From assembly GCA_964016885.1 (NCBI GenBank), contig OZ024748.1:34596001-34660000 (forward strand): a stretch of DNA of 64,000 nt, given 5' to 3'. The position numbers and the translations under genes are program-made. Source of the DNA: Eledone cirrhosa (taxonomy: Eukaryota). Positions 1 to 13,755 of this stretch are shown piece by piece (positions within the stretch are counted from its first letter, which is position 1; the number at the start of each line of letters is the position of its first letter). The notes beneath the pieces are model-generated. The model had not been told where the DNA came from and did not search any database. It was given only the letters and a program-made list of their open reading frames with translations.

Positions 1-1385
1 CAGAACTGGGAATTCTCCCGTTCTGTTGCCAGTTGCAGTAGACCGCTTCCAGGAGACCGGAGAATAAGTCCGGCATTGCTACGTAAAATTCGTAGGGTAG
101 ACCGTCGTGACCTGGAGATTTGTGTTTGCCGCATTGGCTCAGCGTGTCCCCTATCTCAGCAGCTGAAATCGGCCTTTCGCAGAACTTTGTCTCGCTGTCA
201 GAGAGTCGCGGTAGGCCGTTGAGTTATGGACCGAAATCCATAGCCCCTCCCAGCGCGTCGCCCTTCCTGAACAGTTGAGCAAAGTGCCGCTGAAAGGCCG
301 CACACATCTACTTCGGCTCACGTATCACGCGTCCGTTTTGGTCCTTCAAAGACCGAATCGTGGACTTGTTGCCACTTTTTGCCTCCGTCACTCGGGCCCA
401 GCTAACAGCTTTGGCTCCCTCGTTTCCCAGAGCACGTATTTTGCTTCTGACAACGCAGCCCTCGTGCTTTGCGTCGAAGAACTGGTCCAAGGCCGTTCTC
501 GTTGCTAGCACGCTGGCTACGTTACCACTTCTAATTGCCTCTTCTACTTTATCTACCAGTTGCTTCTCGGTTCTATTTCTATCTAATGCTAATCCTTTAC
601 TAAAAACTAACGAGTCTAATCTAACTGCCCTCTTGAGAGAGTACCACCCTCTGTTGTTGACAATGGCCCATGTCAAGTGCTATTTAACTAAAGTGCTAAT
701 CCGTCTACTGTAGGCTTTGCTTGTCGGTAACGACAAGTTGAGCTTCCAGTAGCCGGGTCCTTGTCTATGGGTTCTATCAAGGTTGGCCATGCAGGTCACT
801 AGTTTGTGATCTGAATAGGCAACCATGAACATTTGTGGACAGCTTAACATGTCCCTATCCTTATTTCTAACTAGAACCCTATCTAGGTACGATCTAGATG
901 TTCCGCTACGATTAGTCCACGTCCACAGTGGCACAGCCGGAAAATCTAGTCGATATCTATCGGCCTGGTCACATCAGTCCATTAACTGTTTGAGGCTGTT
1001 ACACCCCTCTTTATCGGGACATGCTCCGACATAGTCCCAACGTGCATCTAGGATTCCATTCCAGTCCCCCATTAAAAGCAAGGAGAGGGACGTTCCCAGA
1101 AAAGTCTCTAGACGTTTGAAGAAGTCTGGCCGCGGTGTCTCGGATGGGTCATATGCAGCCACCAGCCTGAAGGCTCCACCTTCACTACTGTCAACCTCTA
1201 GGACCACCAGTTGACCCTCCGGATGCAGATGTACCGTCTGTGTTACGAGGTCCAGGTGTTTTCGCAGCAAAACGGTAACCCCGTCCACACCCCCCGGCTG
1301 TGAATCCTGGACTCGCAAATGACTGCTACATCCATACTGTGCGACTTGAGGTCGTTTAAGAGTTTGACCTGTTTCCAGGGCATCC
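1..1385 (-). pseudogene. Tx1/L1-clade LINE ORF2 fragment (AP endonuclease + start of RT), disrupted; runs off the window edge
   Basis: Minus-strand ORFs 974-1318 (GDWNGILD), 680-934 (YLDRVLV...YSDH...GPGYWKLN) and 308-676 are colinear with ORF2 of the copy at 53018-54460; stops and frameshifts lie between the pieces. Confidence 0.9.
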
Positions 1386-2560
1386 CCAGAACTTCAACCC
1401 TAGTCCCATTGAATACATCTCTGGGGGATTTTCCTACTGAAAGTATTTTGTCTTCATCAAAATTGATGAAGTCGCACAGTTTACCTTTGGTGTGACACTC
1501 GCGATTCTAATTTTTTGTGTCCCTTTTCCCATGTATGTAGGGAAAAAGGTATACATGTTGGATACAATTGGCGACACAGAGTAATTTTGGGCCGTCAATT
1601 GATCCTTCATGAGACCGAAATACTCCCAAAGAGTTTGCTTCTTTGAATGAATGAAATATCATTCATTGAATTTTTGAAAACCAAAAACCAGTTAAATTTC
1701 TTTCTGTGACAATTGGACTGGTTTTCGGGTAGAATTGGAAACTGTCCTAAAAAATATCGTTTTGAGAGCAGTTTCCTTGCGAATTTCTACCGGAGAATTG
1801 ATGCTGAAAGAACCATTCTTTTCGAAAGTGACATATCTCTTAGCGTCCTTTAAAAGTTGTTCGGCATTTGTAATGTCGAGATATGTTAGTTCCTCCTTTT
1901 TCTGAAGTGTCTGTGCAAAGGAGATTTTCGGTTTCTTTGTGGAATTAACCGTGTTGGTGGTGTTGTCATTATTGTTGCTATTGTTGTTGTTATTCTTGTT
2001 GTCACTGATGTTGATATTGTTCGTATCTTCCTTGATGTTGGTGTTGGGGTTGTTGTTGTCTTTGATGCTGGTATTATTGGTGTTGTCTTTATTTTTTTCT
2101 TTGTTGTTGCTGTCATTGTTGTTTTTATCATCATTATTGGTGTTGTTGTTGTTATTTTTGTTGTCATTGTACTGTTTGGTGTCATTTGTGTTGTTTGGAT
2201 ATGAATTTGTTTTTACAATTTCATTTCGTCTTTCCATCTCCATAGTATCTAGGGAAGAAGACGATGTTGACTGCGAGCTATGTAGTCTTACCGACTCTCC
2301 ACCACCATTATCGTCGAACTCAGCGTTTATAACGTAATCAAACTTCTTACGATATTTTTCCAAAATTCGATGGAGAAAATATTTTTCAAACTAATATTTC
2401 GGCCCTGTAGGGGCGAAAATGAGTTGACCCACCACCTGAAGGTCCAGACGGGGGGGGGGGGGTCGTCAAGTTACACAATAATATAAAATTTAACTGAAAA
2501 CTCACGTTTTTTGCTTACATAAATTAACGGAAACTTCTCCGCGAAGTTACACACGTCTGG
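1386..2560 (-). mobile_element. Tx1-like LINE 5' UTR + ORF1 (Asn-rich N-terminus), internally deleted and fused to ORF2
   Basis: ORF 1692-2363 shares FAQT..KK, VTFEKNGSFSINSP and KTIFFRT with ORF1 at 51186-52160; joins ORF2 at about 1386 through a CTGG microhomology. Confidence 0.85.
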
Positions 2561-3041
2561 TAGAGAGATAGATATGTTTGTTTATTAGCCACAGGGGCAC
2601 AAAAGAAGGGGACAAATACAAAGGAGGAAGTTTACATACAATAAAAACGTGTAAAATATTATCACAAATGCAATTTAAAAAATTAGTCGATTTTCCCCAA
2701 TAGGGGGAGACAGTTCATATGGGTAACACATACCCCCGAAAAAATGTGCAACCCTCATCTCCAGGAGTACGAAGAGTTTGTACTCATTTCCTCTCCTCCT
2801 CCTTTTCATCAACCTACAGGCTGATATAGAGAGAAGGCCCATTCACTCGGGCCATTCTCGCCACTTTCACCCACCTTTCATAAAACTTGCTGGGGTACAG
2901 CACCCCTCTCTCCATCCTGATTCTTCTTCCAAAGTGGTATTTGAAAAAAAGAATCAGTTGTTGGCCGAAGAGAAAGGTGTCTGACCTCAGCCCTTTCAAC
3001 CTTGTCCACCATACAACCTCTTCACCATAGCTATCACAAAG
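2561..3041 (-). mobile_element. Tx1-like LINE 3' end (ORF2 C-terminus + 3' UTR)
   Basis: Encodes KGLRSDTFL..QQLILFFKYHFGRRIRMER..LYPSKFYERWVKVARM, matching 56220-56400; UTR ends gtggctaataaa. Confidence 0.85.
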
Positions 3042-3107
3042 ATTGCACTAAATATTCGTTTGCATTAATTATTGAAGACTTCTGCTTATTTTGACAGGTT
3101 GGGGACA

Positions 3108-3200
3108 AATAATTGTTTCTACTTTAGGCACAAGGCCAGCAATTATCCAGTGCATTACTGGTACTTTATTTTATCGACCCCGTAAGGATGAAAGGCAAAA
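3108..3200 (-). mobile_element. Nin/Deu-domain-type SINE, 3' fragment
   Basis: actggtactttattttatcgaccccgtaaggatgaaaggcaaa, shared with the copies at 35771, 48575 and 57800. Confidence 0.75.
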
Positions 3201-3239
3201 TGTTCTTCTTTTACTTCCTAGCTGTATATTCTTAGAATA

Positions 3240-3280
3240 ATTTCAAACCCCGAGCAACGCCGGGTAAATCTGCTAGTATA
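3240..3280 (-). mobile_element. Helentron/DINE-1-like non-autonomous element terminus
   Basis: Reverse complement reads tactagcagatttacccggcgttgctcgggg, the same terminus and short hairpin as at 36331 and 40971. Confidence 0.6.
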
Positions 3281-3339
3281 TTATATATATATAGTTAAGA
3301 ACAGAGATAGCTATTCAACTATAGGCTAAGATAGCTAGT

Positions 3340-3795
<456 letters not shown>

Positions 3796-4006
3796 AGAGG
3801 CTAATTTAAATGCAACAGTTATTATGTTTGGTAAGTTTAGAGTAAGAAAAGCTAGGATGTGAGTCTCACTTCAGCTGTAGATCGAAATCTGTAATGTTAG
3901 TCATAATATTGACCCGTGGTATAATAGTAAATTACTTTATAACGGATGGAACTTGCTATACAATAGTAGACAACATATATATATATATATATACATATAT
4001 ATATAC

Positions 4007-4135
4007 AATATATTAATAAATATAGTTTCCATTCATTAATATATTGTGTATTTACTCCACTAAGCTGTTGAGTGCTTTATATCAGTTATAAACATTTTAA
4101 AGCTTGTTGAATCCCAACAAATTAAATATAACCTC

Positions 4136-4140
<5 letters not shown>
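4007..4140 (+). mobile_element. Family A (TA)n-embedded element, 3' part without the ribozyme
   Basis: Near-identical to 28645-28772 (tttactccactaa.ctgttgagtgctttatatcagttataa...aacctctgcat); flanked by (TA)n. Confidence 0.75.
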
Positions 4141-4167
<27 letters not shown>

Positions 4168-4182
4168 CTGGTTCCTATATAT

Positions 4183-4273
<91 letters not shown>

Positions 4274-4565
4274 AGAGAGAGAGAAAGGTAGAGAGGACAC
4301 TTTTTATAATAGGGATAGACTCACTCTGCTGTCTTCTTGGATTAAGTGTATATTTGAGAAAATCTCGGCACTATGTGTTACTTTATTGATTGTTCCACTA
4401 TTTCTGTGCCTTTTAACACTTCAATTATTTGTAAGAACTCTCCAGATCGACCCTTCTAACTGGTAAAAGTAACGGTGCTTAGCTCTTATATCATCGATGC
4501 TTCTTACCTTCGAAAGCTACATCGTGTTCTGTACGGTGTATGTCTATTGACCAACCTATCTATCT

Positions 4566-5359
4566 TGTTCGGTAGGACCTTCCGCCCGGGACCGATGAAC
4601 AACTTCCCAAAGTCCCTGGCCTGGCAGTGCTACCGAGGAACTCTAGCAGTTCGAGACAAGCTCTACAGACATGGGCGCCCGGGCAGGGACCCTGCAAAAA
4701 AGATCTGTCCAAGATGCGTGCGAGACGAAGAAACCGTCGCGCACACATTCATACACTGCCCAGGCGTCACTGACCTCCGGGGCTATGTAGAACGACTATT
4801 GTCGCGGGTGGGACCAATCCGGTTGACCACCGAGTCCATTGTCATGATCAAACCGCCACCCTCCTTCAAAAACGAAGGAGAGGTGGTTTTCCTTTGTGTG
4901 ATAGCTATGGCGAAAGGTTGTATGGTGGACAAGGTTGAAAGGGGTGAGGTCAGACACCTTTCTCTCCGGCCAACAACTGATTCTTTTTTTCAAATACCAC
5001 TTTGGAAGAAGAATCAGGATGGAGAGAGAGGTGCTGTACCCCAGCAAGTTTTATGAAAGGTGGGTGAAAGTGGCGAGAATGGCCCGAGTGAATGGGCCTT
5101 CTCTCTATATCAGCCTGTAGGTTGAGGAAAAGGAGGAGGAGAGGAAAGGAGTACAAACTCTTCGTACTTCTGGAGATGAGGGTTGCACATTTTTTCGGGG
5201 GTATGTGTTACCCATATGAACTGTCTCCCCCTATTGGGGAAAATCGACTAATGTTTTAAATTGCATTTGTGATAATATTTTACACGTTTTTATTGTATGT
5301 AAACTTCCTCCTTTGTATTTGTCCCCTTCTTTTGTGCCCCTGTGGCTAATAAAGAAATA
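4566..5359 (+). mobile_element. 5'-truncated Tx1-like LINE (ORF2 C-terminal CCHC region + 3' UTR)
   Basis: ORF 4475-5056 contains CPRCVRDEETVAHTFIHC; candidate target-site duplication tatctatct at 4557-4565 and 5360-5368. Confidence 0.88.
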
Positions 5360-5375
5360 TATCTATCTCTCTACC

Positions 5376-6600
5376 AGACGTGTGTAACTTCGCGGAGAAG
5401 TTTCGTTAATTTATGTAAGCAAAAAACGTGAGTTTTCAGTTAAATTTTATATTATTGTGTAACTTGACACCCTCGTCTGGACCTTCAGGTGGTGGGTCAA
5501 CTCATTTTCGCCCCTACAGGGCCGAAATATTAGTTTGAAAAATATTTTCTCCATCGAATTTTGGAAAAATATCGTAAGAAGTTTGATTACGTTATAAACG
5601 CTGAGTTCGACGATAATGGTGGTGGAGAGTCGGTAAGACTACATAGCTCGCAGTCAACATCGTCTTCTTCCCTAGATACTATGGAGATGGAAAGACGAAA
5701 TGAAATTGTAAAAACAAATTCATATCCAAACAACACAAATGACACCAAACAGTACAATGGCAACAAAAATAACAACAACAACACCAATAATGATGATAAA
5801 AACAACGATGACAACAACAACAAAGAAAAAAATAAAGACAACACCAATAATACCAGCATCAAAGACAACAACAACCCCAACACCAACACCAAGGAAAATA
5901 CGAACAATATCAACATCAGTGACAACAAGAATAACAACAACAATAACAACAATAATGACAACACCACCAACACGGTTAATTCCACAAAGAAACCGAAAAT
6001 CTCCTTTGCACAGACACTTCAGAAAAAGGAGGAACTAACATATCTCGACATTACAAATGCCGAACAACTTTTAAAGGACGCTAAGAGATATGTCACTTTC
6101 GAAAAGAATGGTTCTTTCAGCATCAATTCTCCGGTAGAAATTCGCAAGGAAACTGCTCTCAAAACGATATTTTTTAGGACAGTTTCCAATTCTACCCGAA
6201 AACCAGTCCAATTGTCACAGAAAGAAATTTAACTGGTTTTCAAAAATTCAATGAATGATATTTCATTCATTCAAAGAAGCAAACTCTTTGGGAGTATTTC
6301 GGTACTCATGAAGGATCAATTGACGGCCCAAAATTACTCTGTGTCGCCAATTGTATCCAACATGTATACCCTTTTCCCTACATTCATGGGAAAAGGGACA
6401 CAAAAGATTAGAATCGCGAGTGTCACATCAAAGGTAAACTGTGCGGCTTCATCAATTTTGATGAAGACAAAATACTTTCAGTAGGAAAATCCCCCAGAGA
6501 TGTATTCAATGGGACTAGGGTTGAAGTTCTGGTGCAAATGAGCCCAGAGCGAATAGCTATGATCCCACAACGTGTACTGCTGGACGGACTCACCCACATA
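5376..6600 (+). mobile_element. Tx1-like LINE 5' UTR + ORF1, 3'-truncated, head-to-tail behind the previous copy
   Basis: Starts agacgtg...acttcgc like the copy at 50990; ORFs 5561-6232 and 6251-6484 are homologous to ORF1. Confidence 0.85.
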
Positions 6601-6659
6601 AACTTGGTTATCTCAATAAATTTGGTTATCTCCCTTACATCAATTTTGCTACCGATAAT

Positions 6660-6832
6660 TTTGATATCGATTTTTTATCGATTGGAAAACCTTTTGTGAT
6701 GTGACCATCTTAGCGACCTGTGCAACGTGCAAAGAAAATTTGGTCAAATTCGGTTGGTAATTATAAAAGCCTTAGGTAACCAAAGTTGTACACATACACA
6801 CACATATCCTCGCTTTTATATATATAAAGATA
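6660..6832 (+). mobile_element. Helentron/DINE-1-like element, opposite-end fragment
   Basis: aaaatttggtcaaattcggttgg...acacacacatatcctcgcttttatatatataaagat resembles the ends at 36860-36938 and 41810-41907. Confidence 0.45.
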
Positions 6833-7257
6833 TATATATACATATCACTGTCTATCTCTCGCTATCTCGGTCTCTCTCATCCTCTCTCATTCGTTCTAGC
6901 TATTCATTACGCTTTCATTGTCACTCACTCTATATCTATCTATCTGTTTATCTTTCGCTCCTATACTGTTTCTTTCTTACTAATTCTAGTTATTCATTGC
7001 TCTGCTTACCTATACACAAACATACATACATATATACATACACACACATACATACACACATACATACATACATACATACATACATACATACATACATACA
7101 TACATACATACATACATACATACATACATACGTACATATATATACATACATACCTACATACATACATGGATACGTACATACATACATACATACATACATA
7201 CATACATACATACATACATACATACATACATACATACATACATACATACATACATAC

Positions 7258-7625
7258 ATGGTGGCTGCCAACTCGTTTTCGAGTACGGCCACTACTTTAT
7301 ATCCATGTAGGAGAACCTCTACCGATGCGCTGAACAAGTGTGACTTTTTAGTCCAGCCAGCGACTTGATAACTCTAGTACAAACACTACACTTGTGACAA
7401 TTATTGACACATAGTGCTGGGCCTATGGTACCATGTGACGACAAGTGCAGAGAGATCTCCAGATATAAAGCAATGCCTGTGCCGTGAAGCTTTTATAGTG
7501 AGCAAAGGCACTGCACAAAGCCAGTCCCACTCTCTTAACCAAGATGATATTTACCAAAAAGAAGAACAAGTCAACATCATTGGACACCATCAGGGTTGCA
7601 GGTGTTATATCAGAGTTTTCCTTCT
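7258..7625 (-). mobile_element. Bipartite RTE-derived non-autonomous element, slightly 5'-truncated
   Basis: Near-identical to 10925-11333; ends in a (TATG)n tail on the minus strand. Confidence 0.7.
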
Positions 7626-7853
7626 CATACATACATACATACACACAAACGTACGTACATGCATACATACATACATACATACATACATACATACATACAT
7701 ACATACATACATACATACATACATACATACATACATACATACATGATGGCTGCCCCCTCGTTATCGAGTATGGCCATTGCATGAGGAGAAAAAAAATATA
7801 TATATATATATATATTAATAAATAAATAAAAAATAAAGTAAAACAAAAAAAAG

Positions 7854-7887
<34 letters not shown>

Positions 7888-8261
7888 GCACATACATATA
7901 CATATATACACACATATATATATACATACTCACATATACATTAATAACAATAATAATAATAATAATAACAACAATAATAACGACAACAACAACAATAATA
8001 ATATACATATACATATATATATACACACACACGCACACCCATAAACATACCTATACACACACACACACGATAGCAACTAACAGCGCTGCGATCGAATGTG
8101 GCTTTTTTTTTACCTGCATACATACATACATACATACATACATACATACATACATACATACATACATGCATACATGCATACATACATACATACATACATA
8201 CATACATACATACATACATACATACATACATACATACATACATACATACATACATACATAC

Positions 8262-10817
8262 GAAATAAGTGAGGGTACCATTGAGACTGTGATAGGAAAA
8301 CTCCAAGATAAGAAATCACCAGGAAGAGACATGATTGTCGGCTACTGGTACAAAAAACTGTTATTCTATCGGAGGTATCTTACTGACCTCTACCAACAAG
8401 TGCTTAAAGGAGATACACTTATACCAGAATGGTTGACATTAGCACAAACGTTACTGGTCCCCGAGAACAAAGACACCCACTTGGCAAAAAACTACCGACC
8501 CATTGCATGCCAGAACCTGATGTATAAGATGTATACAGCCTGCCTGAACCAAGATCACTGTGAAAATAATAACATCATCACAGATGAACAAGCAGCTGGA
8601 AAGAAAGGGGTTTGGGGATGTGCTGAACAACTCCTAATCAACAAAACTGCGATGTCGGAGGTGCGACAACTTAGGAGGAATATGGCTACAGTCTGGCTGG
8701 ACTACAGGAGAGCTTTCGATTCTGTTCCCCACTCTTAGATGATAGAGGCCCTCCAACTTGCTAAAGTCCCAGACATTATTGTCAGAGCCATAGAGAGGCT
8801 GTCTTCTTCTTGGGCTACTATCCTAAGGTTAAAGACAGAGAGGGAGCATTCTATTTTCACTGATAAAATAAAATATTGCTGGGGTATATTTCAGGGGGGC
8901 AGTCTCTCTGTGATATTATTCATCTTGTCATTAAACCCTTTGTCCTTTCTGCTCAAGAAATGTGAGGGATACATCATTGGCTCACAGGAGGACAGAAATA
9001 CGAACCTAACCCATAATTTCTTTGCGGACGATCTGAAACTCTATGCCAAGAACATGGATGGGATGAAGAAAAATCTTGACCTGGTTACAACGTTCTCAAA
9101 GGATATAGGAATGGAGTTTGGCCAAGATAAATGCTCATACATGACTGTAAAGCGGGGAAAAACAACAACCTAATCTAGCAACATTGTCATCAATGGCCTA
9201 ACTGTTTCACCGATATCTGATGAGGACTGCTACAGATACCTGGGGATAGATGAGAACATATCCTATAATGGTATCTGTAATAAAGAACGCGTAACCAGGG
9301 AATACTACACCCGATTAAGAAAGATCTAGTCATCAGAACTCTCTGCGCAAAACAAAACAGTGGCTCACAATGTGTTTGCTGTGCCTGTCCTAACACCAAC
9401 GTTTGGAATACTCAATTGGACGATAGACGAAATCCGAGCAGTTGATGTTGGAACTCGAAAAACACTAAACAACACCGGAAACTTCCACATCAACAGTGAC
9501 ATAAACCGCCTTTACTTGAAAGGTAAGCAGGGAGGCAGCGACCTAACATCAGTCCAGACAACATTTGAATGTCGCATCATATCTCTCCGACAACATCTAC
9601 GAACCTCAAAGCGTAGGAGCCCGTTTCTCGAGCAAGTGTACCTACATGAAACAGATAAGATCATGAGAGTTGGGAAGGAACTCCTCGAGAGATTTTCCCT
9701 GTGTGATAATCAAAAACTCACACCCAGGGATGTTGCTCAGCAGTATCGCAGTGAATCCATGGATGAAAAACTACATACTTATCAGCAAAAAATCATGCAT
9801 GGATATGTTGCCAGGAAGCTCCAGAGTGAGAGTAATATAGATAAGGAAAGTAGACTATCTTGGACCAACAACCGCCATATTGGCTCCCACTTTGAAGGAT
9901 ACGCTTTTGCAATCCAGGAACAGGAGATTAACACGAAATACTTGATTCACAAAAGAGATAGGGATGCCGGCAAAACACCTAGATGTGATAACAAGTGCAG
10001 ATCTGCAGAACTAACATCGAGGGTATCACCCATGTCATCAGCAGCTGTCCAAAGATGTCATCGCGGTACTATCTACCTATGAGGCATGATGTAGTGGCCA
10101 AAACACTGTACAATGCAGTTCGTAAAAAAGATAGCCCCGAAAATAAACACATTAAAAGCTACAGCAATGTGGAAGACATCCATGTACATAATATGAAAGA
10201 GTACTGGTGGAATGTTCCAGTAAAAACCCCTATAAAATGCAGGCATAACAGACCAGATATTATGATATGGGAGAGAGAGAAGAAAGGATGCACAGTAGTG
10301 GAAATTAGCTGCCCAGCAGATGCCAATATAATATCAAAGATTAGCGAAAAGGAGAATATTTGTGCAGAACTGATGAGAAATCTGCAGATACTCCACTCAG
10401 ATTACAACTTCAGATTTATGCCTATGATTATTGGGGCACTGGGGTATGCTAGTAACTGCCTCAATACAAATCTTGAGAAGCTAGGCTTCACAGGAACAGA
10501 AAGAACACAACTAGTTAGGAAATTACAAGTACAATCCATTAATGGAACAGTAAAAATATTTAAAACATTCCAAAAATGTTGCATCTAATAACTGCATATA
10601 CGCATGTACAGATACAAAGCATATACACATGCACACATACAACTCAAAACATACACATCCACACATACAATAACATCCATATCTACACATGTAGACATGC
10701 ATACATAATCTACTTAGTTAATGTTGTGTAAATTCCAATGAGAGAGTCTTGTGTCTATGTTAGAAACCGACTCTCTCTCTATTGGTAAAACTTTGTGAAA
10801 TTATAAAACCAGAAGAA
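8262..10817 (+). pseudogene. R4/Dong-like non-LTR retrotransposon (RT + CCHC + PD-(D/E)xK restriction-like endonuclease), 5'-truncated, decayed
   Basis: KSPGRD, NYRPIAC, WLDYRRAFDSVPH, GIFQGGSLS, FFADD; C-terminal C..C..EGITHVISSC, RHD, RPDI..VEISCP; in-frame stops near 8736 and 9171 and a frameshift near 9995; (TACA)n on both sides. Confidence 0.9.
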
Positions 10818-10879
10818 CATACATACATACGTACATACATACATACATACATACATACATACATACATACATACATACA

Positions 10880-10911
<32 letters not shown>

Positions 10912-10924
10912 CATACATACCTAC

Positions 10925-11333
10925 ATGGTGGCTGCCAACTCGTTTTCGAGTACGGCCACTACTTTATATCCATGTAGGAAAACCCCTACCGATGCGCTGA
11001 ACGAGTTTGACTTTTTAATCCAGCCAGCGACTTGAAAACTCTGGTACAAACACTACACTTGTGACAATTTTTGACACATAGTGCTGGGCCTATGGTACCA
11101 TGTGACGACAAGTGCAGAGAGATCTCCAGATATAAAGCAATGCCTGTGCCGTGAAGCTTTTATAGTGAGCAAAGGCACTGCACAAAGCCAGTCCCACTCT
11201 CTTAACCAAGATGATATTTACCAAAAAGAAGAACAAGTCAACATCATTGGATACCATCAGAGTTGCAGGTGTTATATCAGAGTTTTCCTTCTCCTAGAAT
11301 TCTGCCTTGACAAAGGCTAAGGGGTCATCTCTC
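10925..11333 (-). mobile_element. Bipartite RTE-derived non-autonomous element (~410 bp), longest copy
   Basis: Minus-strand 5' part carries CTAGGAGAAGGAAAACTCTGA, recalled as a conserved RTE 5'-UTR motif; 3' part encodes a C2H2-like remnant CSVCTRVFKSLAGLK..; (TATG)n tail. Confidence 0.7.
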
Positions 11334-11378
11334 ATACATACATACATGCATACATACATACATACATACATACATACA

Positions 11379-11407
<29 letters not shown>

Positions 11408-11409
<2 letters not shown>

Positions 11410-12118
11410 GAGGGATATCTCTATGCAATACAGGAACAATAAATCCTACCAAATAGCTGCTGCACAAAAGAGGAGGGCCATCAGCTGACAATAAATGCAG
11501 GCTATGTAAAACAAAGATCGAAGATGTAAGCCGCATTGTTGCCAGTTGCGAAAGAATGGCATCTCGCTACTACCTCCTATGAGACACGATGTGATAGCTA
11601 GAACCATCTGGAACGCACTTCGGAAAACAAAATTAAAAACAAACGAGGAAGAATATATTGAGACAGATGGCACTAAGAAATACTGGTGAAACCTGAAAAT
11701 AAAAACTGCCACCAAATTAAAGCACAACCGGCCTGATATTGTTGTTTGGGACCACACATTGAAAACGTGTTCTGTTGTGTAGATCAGCTGCCCACTTGAT
11801 GTAAAAGTTGTCAGAAAAATACAGGAGAAGGAGGACATCTACGGACCATTGATGAGGAGTTTACAAATCCAGTATCCAAGATACACCTTTAGCTTCATAC
11901 CCATCATTATTGGACCAATGTATAACTGAACTTGGATTTGCGGACAAAAAGCGCAGCTGCCTAATTCATAGTCTACAAATGGCTGCGATAGCTGGCACCT
12001 TCAACATTTGAAAAACATTCTTGCGATTCAAGGGATGACAATTTCTTTTCTTTTACAACCTTGCCACCAGGATGCTGGCCGGTCAAATATATACTCGAAA
12101 TTAAGAGAAAGAGAGAAC
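11408..12118 (+). pseudogene. Second, divergent R4/Dong-like 3' fragment
   Basis: Translates [49 protein letters not shown] with stops; ends agaac followed by (ATAC)n, as the first copy does. Confidence 0.8.
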
Positions 12119-12180
12119 ATACATACGTACATACATACGTACATATATATACATACATACATACCTACATACATACATGC

Positions 12181-12399
12181 ATGGTGGCTGCCAACTCGTT
12201 TTCGAGTACGGCCACTACTTTATATCCATGTAGGAGAACTCCTACCGATGCGCTGAACGAGTGTGACATTTTAGTCCAGCCAGCGACTTGAAAACTCTGG
12301 TACAAACACTACACTTGTGACAACTATTGACACATAGTGCTGGGCCCATGGTACCATGTGACGACAAGTGCAGAGAGATCTCCAGATATAAAGCAATGC
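12181..12399 (-). mobile_element. Bipartite RTE-derived element, 3' half only
   Basis: ORF 12242-12487 ends CHKCSVCTRVFKSLAGLKCHTRSAHR; same 3' UTR as the other two copies. Confidence 0.7.
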
Positions 12400-12769
12400 A
12401 TACGTACATACATACGTACATACATATATACATACATACATACATACATGCACACGTACATACATACGTACATATACATACATACATACATACCTACATG
12501 CATACATGCATGCGTACATACATACGTACATATACATACATACATACCTACATGCATACATACGTACATACATACGTACATACATACATAGATATATACA
12601 TACATACATACATACATATATACGTACGTACGTACATACATACATACATATATATACATATATGGCTGACGAACGTTGCGACAGTAATCAGCTTGAATCA
12701 GAAACCTCAGTGTACCTTGTAAGGTATTTGCCAGATTGCTGAGTTTTATACACACACACACACATACGC

Positions 12770-12871
<102 letters not shown>

Positions 12872-13149
12872 GTCCGTCTCTGTCTTCTACCTAGTGATCG
12901 TCTATTGTGGAATCATATTCTTTCGTCAACATTTGTAGTACTTCTATATATGGTTATGTATTTACCGTTATTACTATCCATATAAGGTTTTTATATTCCT
13001 ATTACAAAAATGATCGTTTCGGGATTTACCGCCCATCACAATTTCCTTATAAGGATTCAAATTTGATTTTAAATATGAATGAAATCAAATATTGGTTTGT
13101 TTTATAATCTTTCGTTTTAAGTGGGTAAATAAATATTTTATTTGAAAGA

Positions 13150-13237
<88 letters not shown>

Positions 13238-13755
13238 CCCGGCACTTGGGTGCCGTTAACAGGGCCTACTCTGTTGCAATTATTCGGGCCAGTTCTCTGC
13301 TTTCAGGCTGCCTTTCTTCCTCCTCCCCCCTCTATTCTCTTTAGCTTTCATTTAATTTCAAATGTAGCCTTTGTAGCCAAAGTATATTCACATCAAATCT
13401 TGTTATACAACCCCTACCAACCTAGCTTAGAGAGGAAGGTGACTTTTAGACACACTGCGATATCGAACACCGTGGAATATCACTCTATTGATACCATTAT
13501 ATTATATTGATGCCATAATATTAATAACAGCTCAACATGTTATTGTGAAATTGTATTTCATCTGAAAAGATTCAACAAAGGAAAACATGCTCAGAGTTGT
13601 GTCCCATATTTGCTGAAGGAATAGGAAAGGATGAGGTTGTATTTCACATCGTCCACTTAATAGAATCGATATTACCTTGAGGATGTGTGTGTGTGTTTCT
13701 TAGTGACGATTTGATCATCATCTATATAAAATCGTTTGTATATTTATCATATGTT

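Larger units (their letters stand above)
7015..12660. repeat. Extended (TACA)n microsatellite array hosting five retroelement insertions
   Basis: (CATA)n tracts flank every insertion in this interval. Confidence 0.9.

Noticed and set aside
1939-2337. Leu-rich membrane-like ORF (and mirror 5587-5985)
   Set aside because: Antisense translation of the (AAC)n-rich LINE ORF1
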